Shown piece after piece: positions 25,256 through 39,300 of a stretch of 64,000 bases of DNA. A program made the translations under genes and the position numbers. The notes beneath the pieces were generated by a model. It was given only the letters and a program-made list of their open reading frames with translations, made no database searches and was not told the DNA's origin. The DNA lies in NCBI GenBank assembly GCA_977030845.1, contig OZ365112.1, positions 10,230,001 through 10,294,000 of the forward strand, in the 5' to 3' direction. Each line of letters begins with the position of its first letter. The first letter of the stretch is position 1. This DNA is from Fimbriosthenelais zetlandica (Eukaryota).

Positions 25256-28200
25256 AGTATATAATATCTTTTCAAGGGCATAGATGTTTTTCCTATGTCA
25301 CTTTGATTGTATATTCCATTAATATGTATGCTTACCTTTAAATATTAAAGGTATTTAACACCTGTGAATTACCATGGAAGATGCTAAGTACCTCCCACAG
25401 CTCTATAGAGAGCGCGGAGAGAGCGTCTATTGAAGTAAAATGACCTCAGTGTGAAGTATATAGATCTGGAACGCCCACGTACAGCCAGACGCCATTACAA
25501 TCAAGGGACGTCATTCTCCCGCAAATCACATTGTCTTCTCAATAATGCATGTACTTAAAGTAGCTCTTGCTTAACGTGGAGCTAGTGCATGTGTTCGCTT
25601 GTTGGTGTGCAATGAATAGCTGCCTGTATATACAAGCTCAAAAAATGGTACTCCCAAAGCATGCATATTACTGAAAGGTCCATGCTTTAAATAGCTATCA
25701 CATCTTTGAGCTGAAGAACAATGTCACAGACGCTAGCTTGCTCTCATAATGCTGCACGTACTACATAACAGTAGATAAGGTTTGCATTAGTAAAATCTTT
25801 GGTGTTTCCCGTTTTATTGCCAAAATTTCTGGTTCTATATATCAATACATTTGGTAATAATTTTTAGGAATAATTTTTTCACGTTATCACAATTCCATCT
25901 CATATCAAAGCATTATTTTAGGCATATCGTGTAAATTGCTTCTCGAAACTAAAGGAGGAATAGCTTGGAATGTTAGTTTTTTAATTGTAAAATATAGAGG
26001 TCTAATTGCGTTGTTTTCCACGTTCATATTCTTGGTTAGATTATTGATTGCTTCTCATATTTCTGACAATTTTGGAGATGATTTTATGCCCTTTAAATAT
26101 CCTTGTTTTGAGGTGTCTAAAATACACCTGATTCCCTTGATAATGCATGTAATCTGTGGTAGCATCATGTCTAGATAGAATGCAGGGAGTATCTAGTATA
26201 ATATGAAGCCTTCCAATGATCAATATCCCTAAGTGCATGCCCATGTTCCATTTATATGGGTGATAACAATCCCTGGACACACCTATTCATGTCATTGATG
26301 TCATAGCTTGTACCCACCTCATCTCCTGCCTCTTTCATGTCTCAACAATCATCAGTCACTGGTCTTGTTTAGACATTGGAGGCGAACGTCGATAACTTTA
26401 CATCCAGCCATTAAAATCCAAAGTTCCCCATCATGTAATTATGGGTCATTGTCCTGATTGGGTTGTTTCCGAAATTTATAATCTAAATTTACGAAATAAT
26501 ATATGGTGTCTTAAATTAGTTACATTTACGAAACTATCCTTTAAAACGATTAGTACATCCGGGCATGCCACAGACAGACAGCTTGGCTTTTGTTTGTTTG
26601 TTTGTCGCCTATATTGTTTAACGCCCCAACAAAATTGGAAAACTGAATTTATCAATTCTAAAATTCTGCTTTCCCGAATGCGTCGTTCTTGCGACTTAAA
26701 TTCTTCTGTCTTTTCCTATTGGCATTTTGAATTTTAGGTCATTACACAGGAATGCAGTTAAACTAGGTTTAGTATATAGTACACATTAAATTTAGAGAAC
26801 TGTCCCATTGCCTATACTGGTAAAAGGAATAGGCAAAGATCAATGATAATAGGTCGATAAAGTATCGATGTTTTTCTTATACTGTAGCGCCGAAGTTCGT
26901 GCATTACAATCCATACATACGTACGATCCTGGGAGAGAAATCAATCTTAAAATCACCTGCCCTTTAATTTAAACGCAAGTGCACTTCACAAAATCATGCA
27001 GTGGAGCCATCGTATTTCCTTCTATTTTAGGAATGAAGATAACAGTCTTCTGTGTGTATTTATATGTATATCTCTTTGACAATTAAATTTCTTAGGAATA
27101 TAGTGACATAATTTCAGTTTTGGCATTCCATTCCACTATAAGACCAGATCTAAATTGGCGCAATCAAATTAAAATCAAGGAAGGAAATGAAAGCCTGCCA
27201 ATGACAACTCAATACGAAAATGTGGCAAGCTGCCAGTCTTATCATTAAAATAATATTAAAAATCACTGGAGCATAAAAAGCATCCTATTTTCTTTAAAAA
27301 ATAATATTTCAATTTCTAATGAAGCTAGGTTTTGGGTCATTTCTAGCACGTATGAAATCAGGCATAACTAATGCAATACTATGAATTTCACCTAAATCAT
27401 ACATAACCTCTATCTTGATCAATGAAGATGAATAGTTCTTGTGTACTTCTCTTATACACTCATCTGGATCAGATGGTACCTTTCCCATAGGAATCAATGA
27501 TGAAGCCTCACCAAGAATTACATATATGAATGTATATAAACACTATCATGCTGCCCTCTATACATTCCATCTCAAGTTCAATTTGCATTTTCGCTTTGTC
27601 AATAACAATTTTCCCTGCCTTTTTATCAATCAATATAATTAAACTGGCCTTAAATCTTATTAACTTTCTTCGTGAATAACGGATATTTTTTTTAATAAAT
27701 TTGTAATAAAAGATCTGGAGCATTGGAGATGGAAAATAGTATGCAGTTTCTTGGGGAAAGGCCAATATTTTCACCCATATATTATGTATGGTTGTGTGGA
27801 GGATTATGGATATAACACATTGCATCAATCCATAGCAAGCTTTGTTAACTTAATCCCTTTTTGCTGTCACTGTATATGCAGCAAGCTAAATCTATCCTTA
27901 TTCAATTCCCTCTCTTTCAATTCTATATCTAACCATATACTCTCATTATGCAGCATATACACAACTTCACACTTAGTCAATATGCCCAGCTTATGTTAGA
28001 GGGATCAGCCTAACAGGTTTGCCTTTAATCCGATCTTTCAATTCATATCTAAACACATAGATCTAACATAGGCCTACATAAGGATGAAAGCCACGGCCGC
28101 TACAGCAGCAGCAAAGTTAGTAAACACCCTTCCCTCTACCTGATTATAGAAGTAAAACGGAGTGAAAGAAGGATGAGTGAAACGGAAGTGGAAAAAATAT

Positions 28201-28928
28201 GGTTGAAGAAATACATTTACTGATTTAGTTCCTTTGATTTTATATGAGTGGTATCTATAGATTAATTCTGGGAATAGTTATAGGAAATTAATCTAGAGGA
28301 GCTATTAAATTCCCATATTAAACATCAATAGAATATCATCAATGGATTTGCAATTAACACCAATTATTTATGAACTGAAGATCACTGAAGATCGTATAAA
28401 CAAATCAATCCCCGGTAATTTTATAATCCAGATTATTTCCCCTAACCAAGCTATGAGAAATGATTAAACATTGCAATTCAAGGCAACTTCCTCTCATAGG
28501 TCACCTGCTCCAGATCCTAGTGGTTGTCCTGAATATGTAAAAGTGGTTGACTGAGCGCCATGCATGCTTGATTATTTCCTTCAGGTTAATGACTATCAAT
28601 AGCTTTCGATTTTTTCACGGAGAGAATCTAATGGTTTGACATAGCCTTTAAATACCACCCTAGATAATGTCTATATTATAAGTGAGCATATTTTAGTGGT
28701 AATAACATGTACATTATATTGCTCTTGTAAAAAGCAACATCCATGAAGTCTTTTCCTCCGGGGAAAGCCTGGAGGCAATTTCTGCCTTAGTGTAAACCCA
28801 CATTCCGCGAGTGGTGGGAGAGTTTCACACGTGCCTCCCACCATCACTGTCTGGTTGAAGAACACACAGACCAGACTTTGGTTTCCTCTGACCCATCGAG
28901 CAACTCACCGTCTATAACAGTGGGGAGA

Positions 28929-28932
<4 letters not shown>

Positions 28933-28962
<30 letters not shown>
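28933..28962. repeat. (GA)15 microsatellite
   Basis: Fifteen perfect GA units. Confidence 0.95.
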
Positions 28963-28965
<3 letters not shown>

Positions 28966-30179
28966 GGGAGAGAGGGGAATGCCCACCTCCCATAGTCCAT
29001 GTATAGGATTCTGACAGTGGATTTGTTATGTAAATTGTCCTTATTCACCCCCAAAAAACTCACAATTTTGTTACTTTTTAAGCTCGTTAAATACTTCAAG
29101 TATCTTATAGTTTTAATAGTATAAGATAATCGGGCTAATAGACAGTGGAATGCCAGCAACAGTTGTGGATGATGCAGTTTTCTTTATTTGTTTTAACATT
29201 AGCAAAAATGTTCAGTGTTACAGACCTGCCAGTATACCAACAACAGAACCTGCTTCCCAAAATGCCATGAACCGATCCACGAAGAGGACTGTAGTATACA
29301 AAGCAAGGGACGAGCTGCTCTCACTCCCACACAGAGCAGGTCCTTTTGGGTCAAATTTCAAACGCTGGCATGAAAAAAGTGAAAAAATATTATGAAAAGC
29401 TCGGTGAATTGACAGAAGAGGCTTATAATTCCCTTCAGTTGTACATAGAGGGCACAGAGCACTTTTACATATAGTAGGAATGTGTATGTTTTCGTTTACT
29501 TTGCACTTAACAGATGTCCAAGCTCTCAAACATACTCTCTAGAGTATATTATGAATCTGTCTAGTCAGCATATGCTTAGAAAAGTGCATTTTTTGATGCA
29601 GCCATAACAATCATAGCTGAAATTTATTATATTTGTGTGTGCCAAACTAGTAGGACTTTTTGTTATCTGTTGTGATGTTCTGAAACAATTGTGAAATATT
29701 AATCACAAAATTATACATAGGGCTGCCATAAAAGGGAGCATAAGAAACACGACATGAAAGAAAACAGACATCAAACAAAGGACACATGAGCCAGACAGAA
29801 ACAAATACTGGGTCGTACTTGCATGACATAGTAGATTCCCTAGATATTAAAACAACTAACTACAAACAAAAACATATTAATCTATTTAATATTAATCCTA
29901 AATTAATAGTGCCTCATTGTGATATTCGATAGTTTCTTTTTATATTTTCTAACTGAAAAAAAAAGAAATAGAAATACGTTATGCAAATATCAAGTAATGT
30001 ATCCCCTTGAAGGCTAATATCGTATTATGTCACCACTTTGAAATCATTGCTAAGAAATGCATTATCCCACAAATATACTCCCCGACAAAAAAAAGTATTT
30101 GTGTAACGCCGTTTCATGAATGCATCGCCATTGGCTGGTTGGGAAATACCACTCAGACGCCTGAACATGACGGAATCAG

Positions 30180-30420
30180 GGGAGAGGAAAATGGATAGTG
30201 GGAGACAGTGAGAAATAGAGAGGAGGTGAGAGGACAGGGGGAGAGAAAGAAGGAAAGGGATACGGGGGAAAGTGAATCAAGAAAGAGCAAGAAAGAGTCA
30301 ATGGATTTTATAGTGGAAAGGGGCACCAAGAGGGAGAGTGGTAGAAGAGGAGGGAAGGAGAGTGGGAGCAAGAGAGAGACATCGAGAGCAAGCGATGGAG
30401 ATACAGAGGCTTGAGTTAGG
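30180..30420. repeat. GA-rich low-complexity block
   Basis: Purine-rich plus strand. Confidence 0.82.
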
Positions 30421-31767
30421 GAATATGAAATGTGTGGGAATATGTCCTCCACTAACTGTCTCTGAAGACAAAGGTCGCATCCTTCACCTCTCTGGTTTAC
30501 GTGTTGGTTTTGTTGTTTATTATTTACTGTAATGTTATACGTCCTCCAAATCCTCCCCAACCCAGACCCACCTCCCACCCAGACCCCACCTCGCCAACCT
30601 TTCCCACCTAGACTCCATTCATTCTTTCCACACAGAAAAAAATGGTGGGTAAATATTATGTATCTTCCTCAAGATGCGAGATATCTGAGGGTTGAAGTTT
30701 ATTCAAAATGATTCATTTATTTATTATTGATGGGAGGTTAGAGATACAGAGATGCCAGACATGCTTCTCTTTCTGTCGTCCTCCTTCTCTTTCTACCACT
30801 ACAGAGGTTGTTTGTATTGGACTATATTTGTTTTTGTTTCCATCTTATGACATTGTTTGGGTGTTGTGGTCTACAGTATAGACAGATGTTGGTGTGTGGG
30901 AAGGAGATATTATAGTAGCTGTATGCTACTAGTTATAGTATACTGATATAATATTATATTTTTTCTCCAAACCACTTAGGCTCGATATAATTATATCAGG
31001 GTCATTTGAAAATCTAAAATGATTTATAATCTTGATAAATCCAATTTTAAATATCCAGTCTCGCAAATTGGGTCATAAGGGTTTTTTCTTTACATAATTA
31101 TTCAATCTGTCTGATAAAATTACAAGAGTAAATCTAGTGGCTCTAGCTGCAATGAACAGTTACTGCGCATGATATAAACTTCTCTGAACTTTTCTCCTCC
31201 CCTTTCTCCCTGGAGAAAACATCAGAACAGGGGCCTCCTTCAAAACAAAAGTTCTTTAATAAATCAATGTTTAATAAATCTTAACTTCCTTACATAACAA
31301 TATGCTCACAGCTGCTCGTAAGTGTTTATAACTGCTATGAATTTTTCATCAATGCTCAGGCCTCTGCCCAACTCCTCTCTTCTGCTCCTCCTCTCTTTAT
31401 CATCTTACAAGTACATGGTAACAGATTATAGACTTGATAATAGATCAGTGCATATGATCTTGTGTTCTTTTACTCATAAAAAAACCGTATGAGCATTTAA
31501 GTAGAACATGATGGACTGATGCACGTGAGGAATGAAGGCCCTTATCTTAGGATCAGTCAAGGAAAGCATTAAGATATGACCCGGAATATCCCAACTTGAC
31601 TGCCGGGCCAAGTTCCTTTCCATGAAACGCTTGAAATCAGAGCTTTGTAATGGGTCTAAACCAGCTTTCTTCAATTTTCTCTGCAAGCTGTTTTCGAAGG
31701 AAGTGCTCAATTATGGCTGAATGCTCACTGTAGAACAATGATGCTCTACTGGCCTTGCTGCTGATTA

Positions 31768-31806
31768 CACTTCCGGTGACGGATGGGGCCGCCAAAGCGC
31801 ATGCGC
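31768..31806. promoter_or_regulatory. ETS + NRF1 motif module
   Basis: CACTTCCGGTG at 31768-31778 and the perfect NRF1 palindrome GCGCATGCGC at 31797-31806, within a small CpG patch. Confidence 0.5.
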
Positions 31807-33829
31807 GTTACGTATACTCCACCTGAAATTGGCCGGGCTTGAAACAACATTGTTACTTGTACTTGGGCGAGGGGTGGGGGATGGGAAGAAAAATTACTTT
31901 CACACGAGAGCCGAGGTAAAGATTAGAGTTCATGCATAGTGTAAAGCTTATAAATTGGGGTTTCTCTATGGCCAGCAGTCTCCGTGTATTGTAGGATAAC
32001 CTATATTATTTATATTGGCATGTCCGCACAAGTCGGGAGCCTGAATTCTATCCAGTATTTGGGTGTTGAGTATACAAACATGCAGTAAACAAAAGGTGTC
32101 CCGTCTCCACTCATTCACCAGCTCCTATCCCAACCCCCAGCCTCAAGGATGCAAAACAAAAATATTAAGGGAACCCCCACACATTGGCCTTCTCCCAACT
32201 ATCCCCCAACCTCACCTCCCCACCACCTCCCTTACCAAATTGTATTATACCGGATATACGTGCATCTGGAAATATTTCTAGGCAAAAACACTTCACATTT
32301 AATCATTATTTTAATAAAAGAGAAGGCAATTTGTTTGCTGAAAGGATGACAAATCGAGGCAGTAGGTAGACATATATGATATGGAGTAGCAGTGGCCGTT
32401 TAATCTTTCCCACATTGTCAGCTCATCTGCGCTCTGTCAAGTCTACGTAGTTAGAATCTACCATGATCAAAGGCTGGGCATATACTCCTTCTACCCATTC
32501 ATAGAATTGCCGCCGACTGGCCCCCGTAGATTTATCCTTACGCCCCAAAAAATAATCCCTTTAATGTTTGGTCGGCGGATGAATATATATTGCTGCTAGA
32601 TAAGAGAATTAGTCTGCGGTGCATGGGACTGTACAAGAATAGCTGAGCGGGAAAATAATTTTAAGAATCAATTAGTGAGAAGTCTGTGCCAATTAGGAAG
32701 AGAGCCTGTCTCGGGAAATGAATGTCATTTATTATAAAATATAATGATTGTGATGTTGTGGGTTTCCAATGACATTTTCTAGCAGTCTCCTCTTTACCTA
32801 GGACTGAATTTATTTTTGACATTTGGTAAATTTAGATGATGTACGTCAGTAATGAATGAAATTGCATACATCACCGTCCGTTTGAATAGTTACTGTTTTT
32901 GCATGTACAATGAATATTGGATATAGCGATCACGAAACGGTAAGGGAATCTCAGCAGGAAAACTATTATATGTATCGTGAAATTAATCATTCTTCTCTCT
33001 GGTTGATAATGACAGAATTTTGTTTTCAATATCGATTAGTATTGTATTTAGCCCATCTAACAGTTGGCCCATCCATCAATTAGATACGAGGACAAAGTCA
33101 AAAAGCTCCAGAATGCTATTACTTCTCATGGCATTGCTTAGGAGAGGAAATTATAATTTTAATATCCCATGTGTCTCATACCTCTATTCTTGCATCGTCT
33201 TTAATTTAAGGCAGTGGTCTGTCGGTATGGGGAGATCTACAGGTGGAAAGAAGAAGCGGTCAACCTAGAATGACCCCAACAAAACCAATATAGTGAAGAT
33301 AGCTTCTATAGCTTACAGGCCTCCAGGCATGACTTCCTCCTGTCTCAACAGTGGCAAGGACTGATCCAGCGTGGAGGTCCATGGGTCAGGACCACCCCCT
33401 CCCCCTTCAGAAATGATTTCTGTGTCTCAAACAATATTTTTTCGGCCCCCACCCTTTCCAAAGGCCACCCCTCACAGTGCTAGCCCCTGTGATCTCCTTC
33501 ACCTTTTTCAAATAGCTGGATCCGTCCCCGGAGAGGGCTTCCTCCCTGGCTTCCTCGAGTCACTTCTATACACTCTTTTACTGTTTCTCCTACTTCCTCA
33601 AACTACTGACCACTGGGACTATTTCCACCTCTATAAGCTACTTTATGGGCTCCAGGCTATGTTTTTGTTCTCAAAGAAGTGAGAGCTGGAAGGTGAGAAT
33701 GCTATTCATTAGGAGGTTCAAAAAACGAAAACAAGTAAGAAAAACAGGACAAAACGGTAGAATAGGTGGGAATATTAAATAGTGCAAAGTTGTTGAATTA
33801 AGAAGGGCTTTAATCCCATAGCTCAATTG

Positions 33830-34141
33830 AAAGGGGAAATGGGAAGATGAGAAGGATATGGGGAAGATAGAAGGATAGCAAGGGGGCGGACATAGACATG
33901 CGGGGAGGGATAGTTGGAAGATCTGGGAGGGAGGAGGGGAAGATCATATGGAGGGGCTGGGAAGGTGTATGTGTGAGGGACATACAGACGTTCGGAGAGG
34001 GATAAGGGGACAATGTGGGAGGGAAAAGGGGTAGGTTATAGGGGAGGTACAGGGGAGGATGGGGGGATGCACAGGGGGAGAGAAAACTGGTATAGCTAGG
34101 AAGTTCCAGGCATTGTTCACACCCTTGCCAATAAGCAGCAC
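33830..34141 (-). mobile_element. CR1-like LINE 3' end relic plus pyrimidine-rich tail
   Basis: KGVNNAWNFL resembles CR1 RVVNAWNSLP, directly followed by a CT-rich block (34085-33830). Confidence 0.35.
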
Positions 34142-35529
34142 TCCCTGGCGGGGAAGTCCTCAAACAAACGCCGCGCGCATGCTCCGTGCACACGTATAAA
34201 CTACATTCATTAAAGGGAAACAAATAAAGCTGATTAATCCTCTTCTCTCAGCTCTCTCTATTACTGGCTTCAAAATAGTCAGTCTGTATGCCACGTCAGT
34301 AGACCAGAAAAGGCATCCACACATTCAAATGTGTAGATATGAACTTTAAAATTATATTAGACGCTTTGAGATATGAAATTAGAGCAGTAGCTTTCATTAT
34401 CTCATAGCTTAACCATTTTGAAATGAATATGATCACGCTTTTTGCATTTCTAAAGTAATGTGCTTATTCTCATTTGGGTTTTAAATACAATTCCTGCCAT
34501 GCAAGTGTCAGTAAATATTCAAATTGTGAAAACTTAAGATTGTTTAGAATGCTAGAATCCCCTATATAAACTGTATGAACTTACTCATGTAAGTCATATT
34601 CATGTAATTACTTCATTATCAGATTTCTAGCCGAAAATCATGCAATAAATGTATGCAGATTTCAATTGTCTCTGAGCTCCTACAACCCAGTATGTGATCT
34701 TTGTTCTCAGCTACCTTTTCATGTCTCTAACCTTGATCAGTCTTGGAGATATATGAAATTCCCAGCGAGCTGTTGATCTGGCTGTTAAGACAGTATACAC
34801 CGTTTAATTATTTCATTAGCACACACCATGTTGACACCTTAATTACATCATTAAGCAGACTGCTCTTGCTGCCAGATTTATCTTTGGCCTGAGCCAAGAA
34901 AAACACAGCCTGAGCAATTATTCTCCCAGCCTTGGCTGATGGTGGGCAAAAAAGAGGCAGCATTGGAGGGAGGTGCAGTAAAAGCAGTGGGAGAGCTGCT
35001 GATGGCAGGGTGGGAAGTTATGCTTTTAAGTCTGTTGCGCACAAAGGTGTTTTTTCTATCAGTAGGGACCAGGCGTTCAGTGCGATTTAATATCATAGCA
35101 ACAGGAGCAAACCTGCTCTTGGAATCACCAATTGCTCACCCGGTCCTTGAAGGATTTGTTCTTTGACATATACGCTAAATGCCATGGATATAATCTGCAG
35201 ACTATAATGACCAGGTCACAATCTGTTGCATAGAAGACTATTTTAGTCTATCTCAGAAACATTAGATCAAGATACAAGAGACAGTGCTGGGCCTCAAGGA
35301 CTGCCATCCTATTGGTGTGAACGCCCTGTGGGAGGCTTAACTAGAGCTGGCAGATGAGAGCAAAATAGCTTCACATCATAGGTCTGGTGAGAGAAGTAGG
35401 ATAAAAGAGCAGGACGGGTGGGAGGGCTGCATTATTTTGTTGAAAAATATAAAAGAGAGACGAAGAGCCGTTCCTTTTCAGTTTAAAGGAAGCTACATAA
35501 CCCTGTTAACGTTTTGTGGATTTGGGAGG

Positions 35530-35800
35530 CGGGTACAGGGAGGGTGATGGAGGAGAGAAAGTGAGAGCAGAGAGATCGAGGGAGAGGGAGCAAAGAGGAT
35601 GAGGGAGATGGGAACAGAGTGGGTGAGTGAGAGTTAGCAGAGAGAATGAGAGAGGGGAGAGAGGCAGGTAGGGGAGTGAAGGGAAGAAGGTATAGGCCTC
35701 CTAGGTAATTAATCAGACTGACAAACATCTCCTTTCGGCCAACGGGCAGTGAGCATATATTTTCATCCCATTTAGTAATGTATTTCATCCACCAAAGGAC
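35530..35800 (-). repeat. GA-rich block with possible LINE C-terminal relic to its right
   Basis: Purine-rich plus strand 35530-35690; weak KW...LP...FVSLINYL relic on the minus strand. Confidence 0.5.
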
Positions 35801-37269
35801 GCTATTACCAGCATACTGTCCATCCACCCACCTTACCATACACAACGTATACATGCACACATGTATCCCTAAATCAAACCCCGATCTACCCTCATTACAT
35901 CAGATAAGGGAGGTAGCATGTCAAAAGGCCGCACCAGTGAAGGACAATATTAGACGGTATACCATAGAAATACAACCCCCAGCCTCTCCCTCTCTGACTT
36001 TGAAGCATGCGGCATTCCTTTCTGCCTATAGCTGACTTTTGTATTCTCTAGCTCTATGTAAGGAACCAGTGGCTTTTGTGCATTCACAAATGCCTATGTT
36101 CCAAAGGAGGTTAACAAGAACATTCCATCAACTGCATGTATTTAACATAATTGTGGGATATGTGTAGGCTACCTCCTCAAGGCATGTTATACTTCAAAAC
36201 AAGCCAATTGCAAACTCGAATTTTACTTTTGAAACCTATATGATTTTATTTCGATATTGAATTAAATAATTATATTAATAATACAGGTAAGCCTATACAA
36301 AACACCAAGTATAGGCCTATTATGTATAACTATACGATTTTATAGTCATTGGTATTAACATCCTACACAAGTCAATGCAAAAATTAAACATTAAACACTG
36401 TTTCCTAATACCCTAAAAAACATTCAAACAAGCAACAATCCGGATGTAACGAAGACAAGAAGGAAGCATTTTACTTGAGGACAACTCAGGTAAATAATAG
36501 GACTTCAAGCCTAGTTTTTGGATAACCCTAACCCTAATACCTCAATGTCTCCCTTGACGATGGTTAATGATATTGGAAGACCCTTCCTGAAACCACTAAT
36601 TGAATTTCAAGTAATTGGTAATTGCCTTTACTCCCAAAACTCCCAGGCATTTCAAACAAGAAAGGTGGGGTTTTTGGATTTTCTCCATAATGAATAATGA
36701 GATGTCCTGAATAAAAGCGAGGGAAAAAATCAATTTCACTTCTCTTGGCAAATTGGTATCTCACAGATGACAAGTGTCTCCTATTGAGCACAACAAACAA
36801 GGTTCCTGCTCATCAGTAGGCCGATCTGCTGCCCCTCCATTACCACCCAATTCTACCCATTAATATTCATGAGAACCTATGATGTGTTTAGAAAGCAATA
36901 CCTTAACCATTTGAAAATGTTGAAAGAAGTCAACAAGTGTAACATCTTAAGAAAATATAGGAAGGATGAATGAAAACTGCTTAATGATTTTTGCAAAATT
37001 GTCAACAACCTTATATTTACTTCATGCAAAATCATTAGACAAGTATACATGTCGTTTACATGTAATAAATTCTTTAAAATCGCTTGACTATTTAAAAATA
37101 AAAATCTTACCTACATTCTGGAACAAACATAAAGGTTATTTTGCATCAGAAAATGACCAACTAATTATGAGAAAATTAAGACAGTATTTGAGAAAAACTG
37201 ACACCAAACGTACATCCTTAATTATTATAAATATTGGCTAGCTATTCTTGTTTGGTTAGCAGTTCTCTT

Positions 37270-37500
37270 AATTCTTCAGGTGAGTTAACAGGCAGGGAAC
37301 AAGAATAATTCTCGCATACATAGGCAGTAGCTTTACCCCCAACCTTCTCCAAACTGTCCAGCACTGGGATCCTCTCATACAGGAAGGACCCCTGGCGGCC
37401 ATCGGCGAGAAGTAATACCTTGCCGGGCAGATAGAGGGAGTGGACACAGGAGAGCAGAGCTTCAGTGTCCTCCGACCCACGATCTCCAGCAATGATGATC
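37270..37500 (-). mobile_element. Degraded L2/CR1-like LINE 3' end
   Basis: Minus-strand GSFLYERIPVLDSL (~SF.YR.IP.WNSL) followed by LLTHL* (~LKTHL). Confidence 0.35.
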
Positions 37501-39099
37501 TGAAAGGCAATATCTCAATATCAGATATTTATTATTTATTATTTGACAGATAATAATAGCATCTGTTTTCATCTGTTAATTGACATGCTTCCCAGGCGAC
37601 TGGATCGCCTTTGGCAACATTGCAATGAATGGACAATCATTACAGAAAATGTACACTGTAAGCCTAAATAGATATTAGGGCCATGGAAGAAAAAAATGAA
37701 GGAAAATAACACAAAAGCCAGCAATTTCCCTTGGAGCAAATGCCTAGCGTTTAATGGGAGAATGCGGAACATGGGCTTGTGTCCTCATCGGGTTTCATTC
37801 AGTTCCTTTAAAATGACATCTGATGCTTAACATCTAATACATGGACGGCAATGACATTCTCCTCAGCTTACAGGCGAAATCTGGAGGGGAGGAGGTCATA
37901 AAACAGGAGCAATCCTCTCTCCTTCCTCCACCATCATCAGCCATGTCTTTGTGTGATAACCAGCGGAAGCATCCACATTTTGCACCAAGTTTTGTTGTTG
38001 GCATGGACGTGGTCTTCATGGCGATTATTGCGCTGCGATTGTGTTCATGGATTATATATCAACATCGCTTTTTATAGCTGTACAAGAATCTCAGTCTCGT
38101 CTGGTATTAAAGTTTAAGGTATTAAAAGAAACAGTTTAACTTATTTTCCTAATTGTTTTGACCATAAGGACATACATAATGTCCTGTTTGATATCAGTTT
38201 CCATCCCTTGTGAAGCTCTAGCCAGGCTAGGCCTTTTATCCCAAATTTTCCTTGGACTGCAACTTTGAAAAGCCATATCTTCACTAATTATTTGAGTATC
38301 AACAAGACTTTTTCACTTTTAGAAAGCCCAGACCAACCTCTAATTTCTGAGACCCCGCCGCGAAAGGGTTAACAATGGGCTAAGCATTCGCCACCCTGGC
38401 TATATGTTAACAATATGTGATAGCAGATATAAGGGATCCCTTGGGAAACAAACGATTCAATTAGCCATAGTAAGGGAGCAGAAAATGGCTTTAGATCCTG
38501 ACCTAGTATGGTGGGTTGGAATGATGCTAGGCCACCACTAGCTCCGTGCGCTCCAGATCCGATTAGGAGGAGCTCAGCAAATGAGGTCACTGTTTCTTGA
38601 CAACCAACAATATAAACCTAAGCAACATGTTGACAACAATGTCATTTTTAACACAGATACAAAAAAAAATAAAAGAACATTTGCAGATCAGTATTTTGGA
38701 AAAGGGGGCCCTGGAGTCAGCCTTGTGGACCCCCGCCCGTCCCCCCCCCCCCCAAAAAAAAAAAAGAAACTGAGGACAAAATTCTTTGATATTTATAATA
38801 CAGAGAAAGGAATGATCCACTAAATGGAAACTTGATCATGTATGTCAAACCCTCAATCCTCAACCCATGATGGGAATGCAAGAGACATTCTCTATCCCTT
38901 TAAAATAGATTAGTGTAAGAAAGCTTTTCATCAAGGTTACAGCATGGGTACAGTAAGATGATGTTTAATATTAGAATAGTAAAGCAGTTCTGAGTATGAA
39001 TTTCCTACAGAAATGGACAAACCCACAGACTGGTAAATATGGACAATGGGCAACAGATACCCATACCATATACCTGTACAAAAATCATCTGTCTCGGGT

Positions 39100-39300
39100 T
39101 CAATGTCTTCCCATGACCCAGATATGGGAGAGAATCAGGGTTCTGCTTCAGGCACCCATAAATGTATCCCCACAAGGGGAGGTGTGGGCGGTCTATTGTG
39201 GCGAGGTATGAATGAATAATTCCAATGGTCTCCTTGATAAAATGGTTGTCGGTCAACTGGGAGGCAGCAGTCGATACATGGGACAGATATGAATTCACAG
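39100..39300 (-). mobile_element. Degraded CR1-like RT fragment
   Basis: YLATIDRPHL..W resembles LY.ALVRPHLEY....W. Confidence 0.3.

Noticed and set aside
37841-38077. Protein-like 78-aa ORF (MDGNDILLSL...)
   Set aside because: No recognisable domain, splice signals or promoter context; an equally long ORF lies on the opposite strand.
38741-38765. C13-A12 homopolymer junction as a retrocopy tail
   Set aside because: No upstream retrogene or SINE body and no TSD identified; may be a simple repeat or a sequencing artefact.
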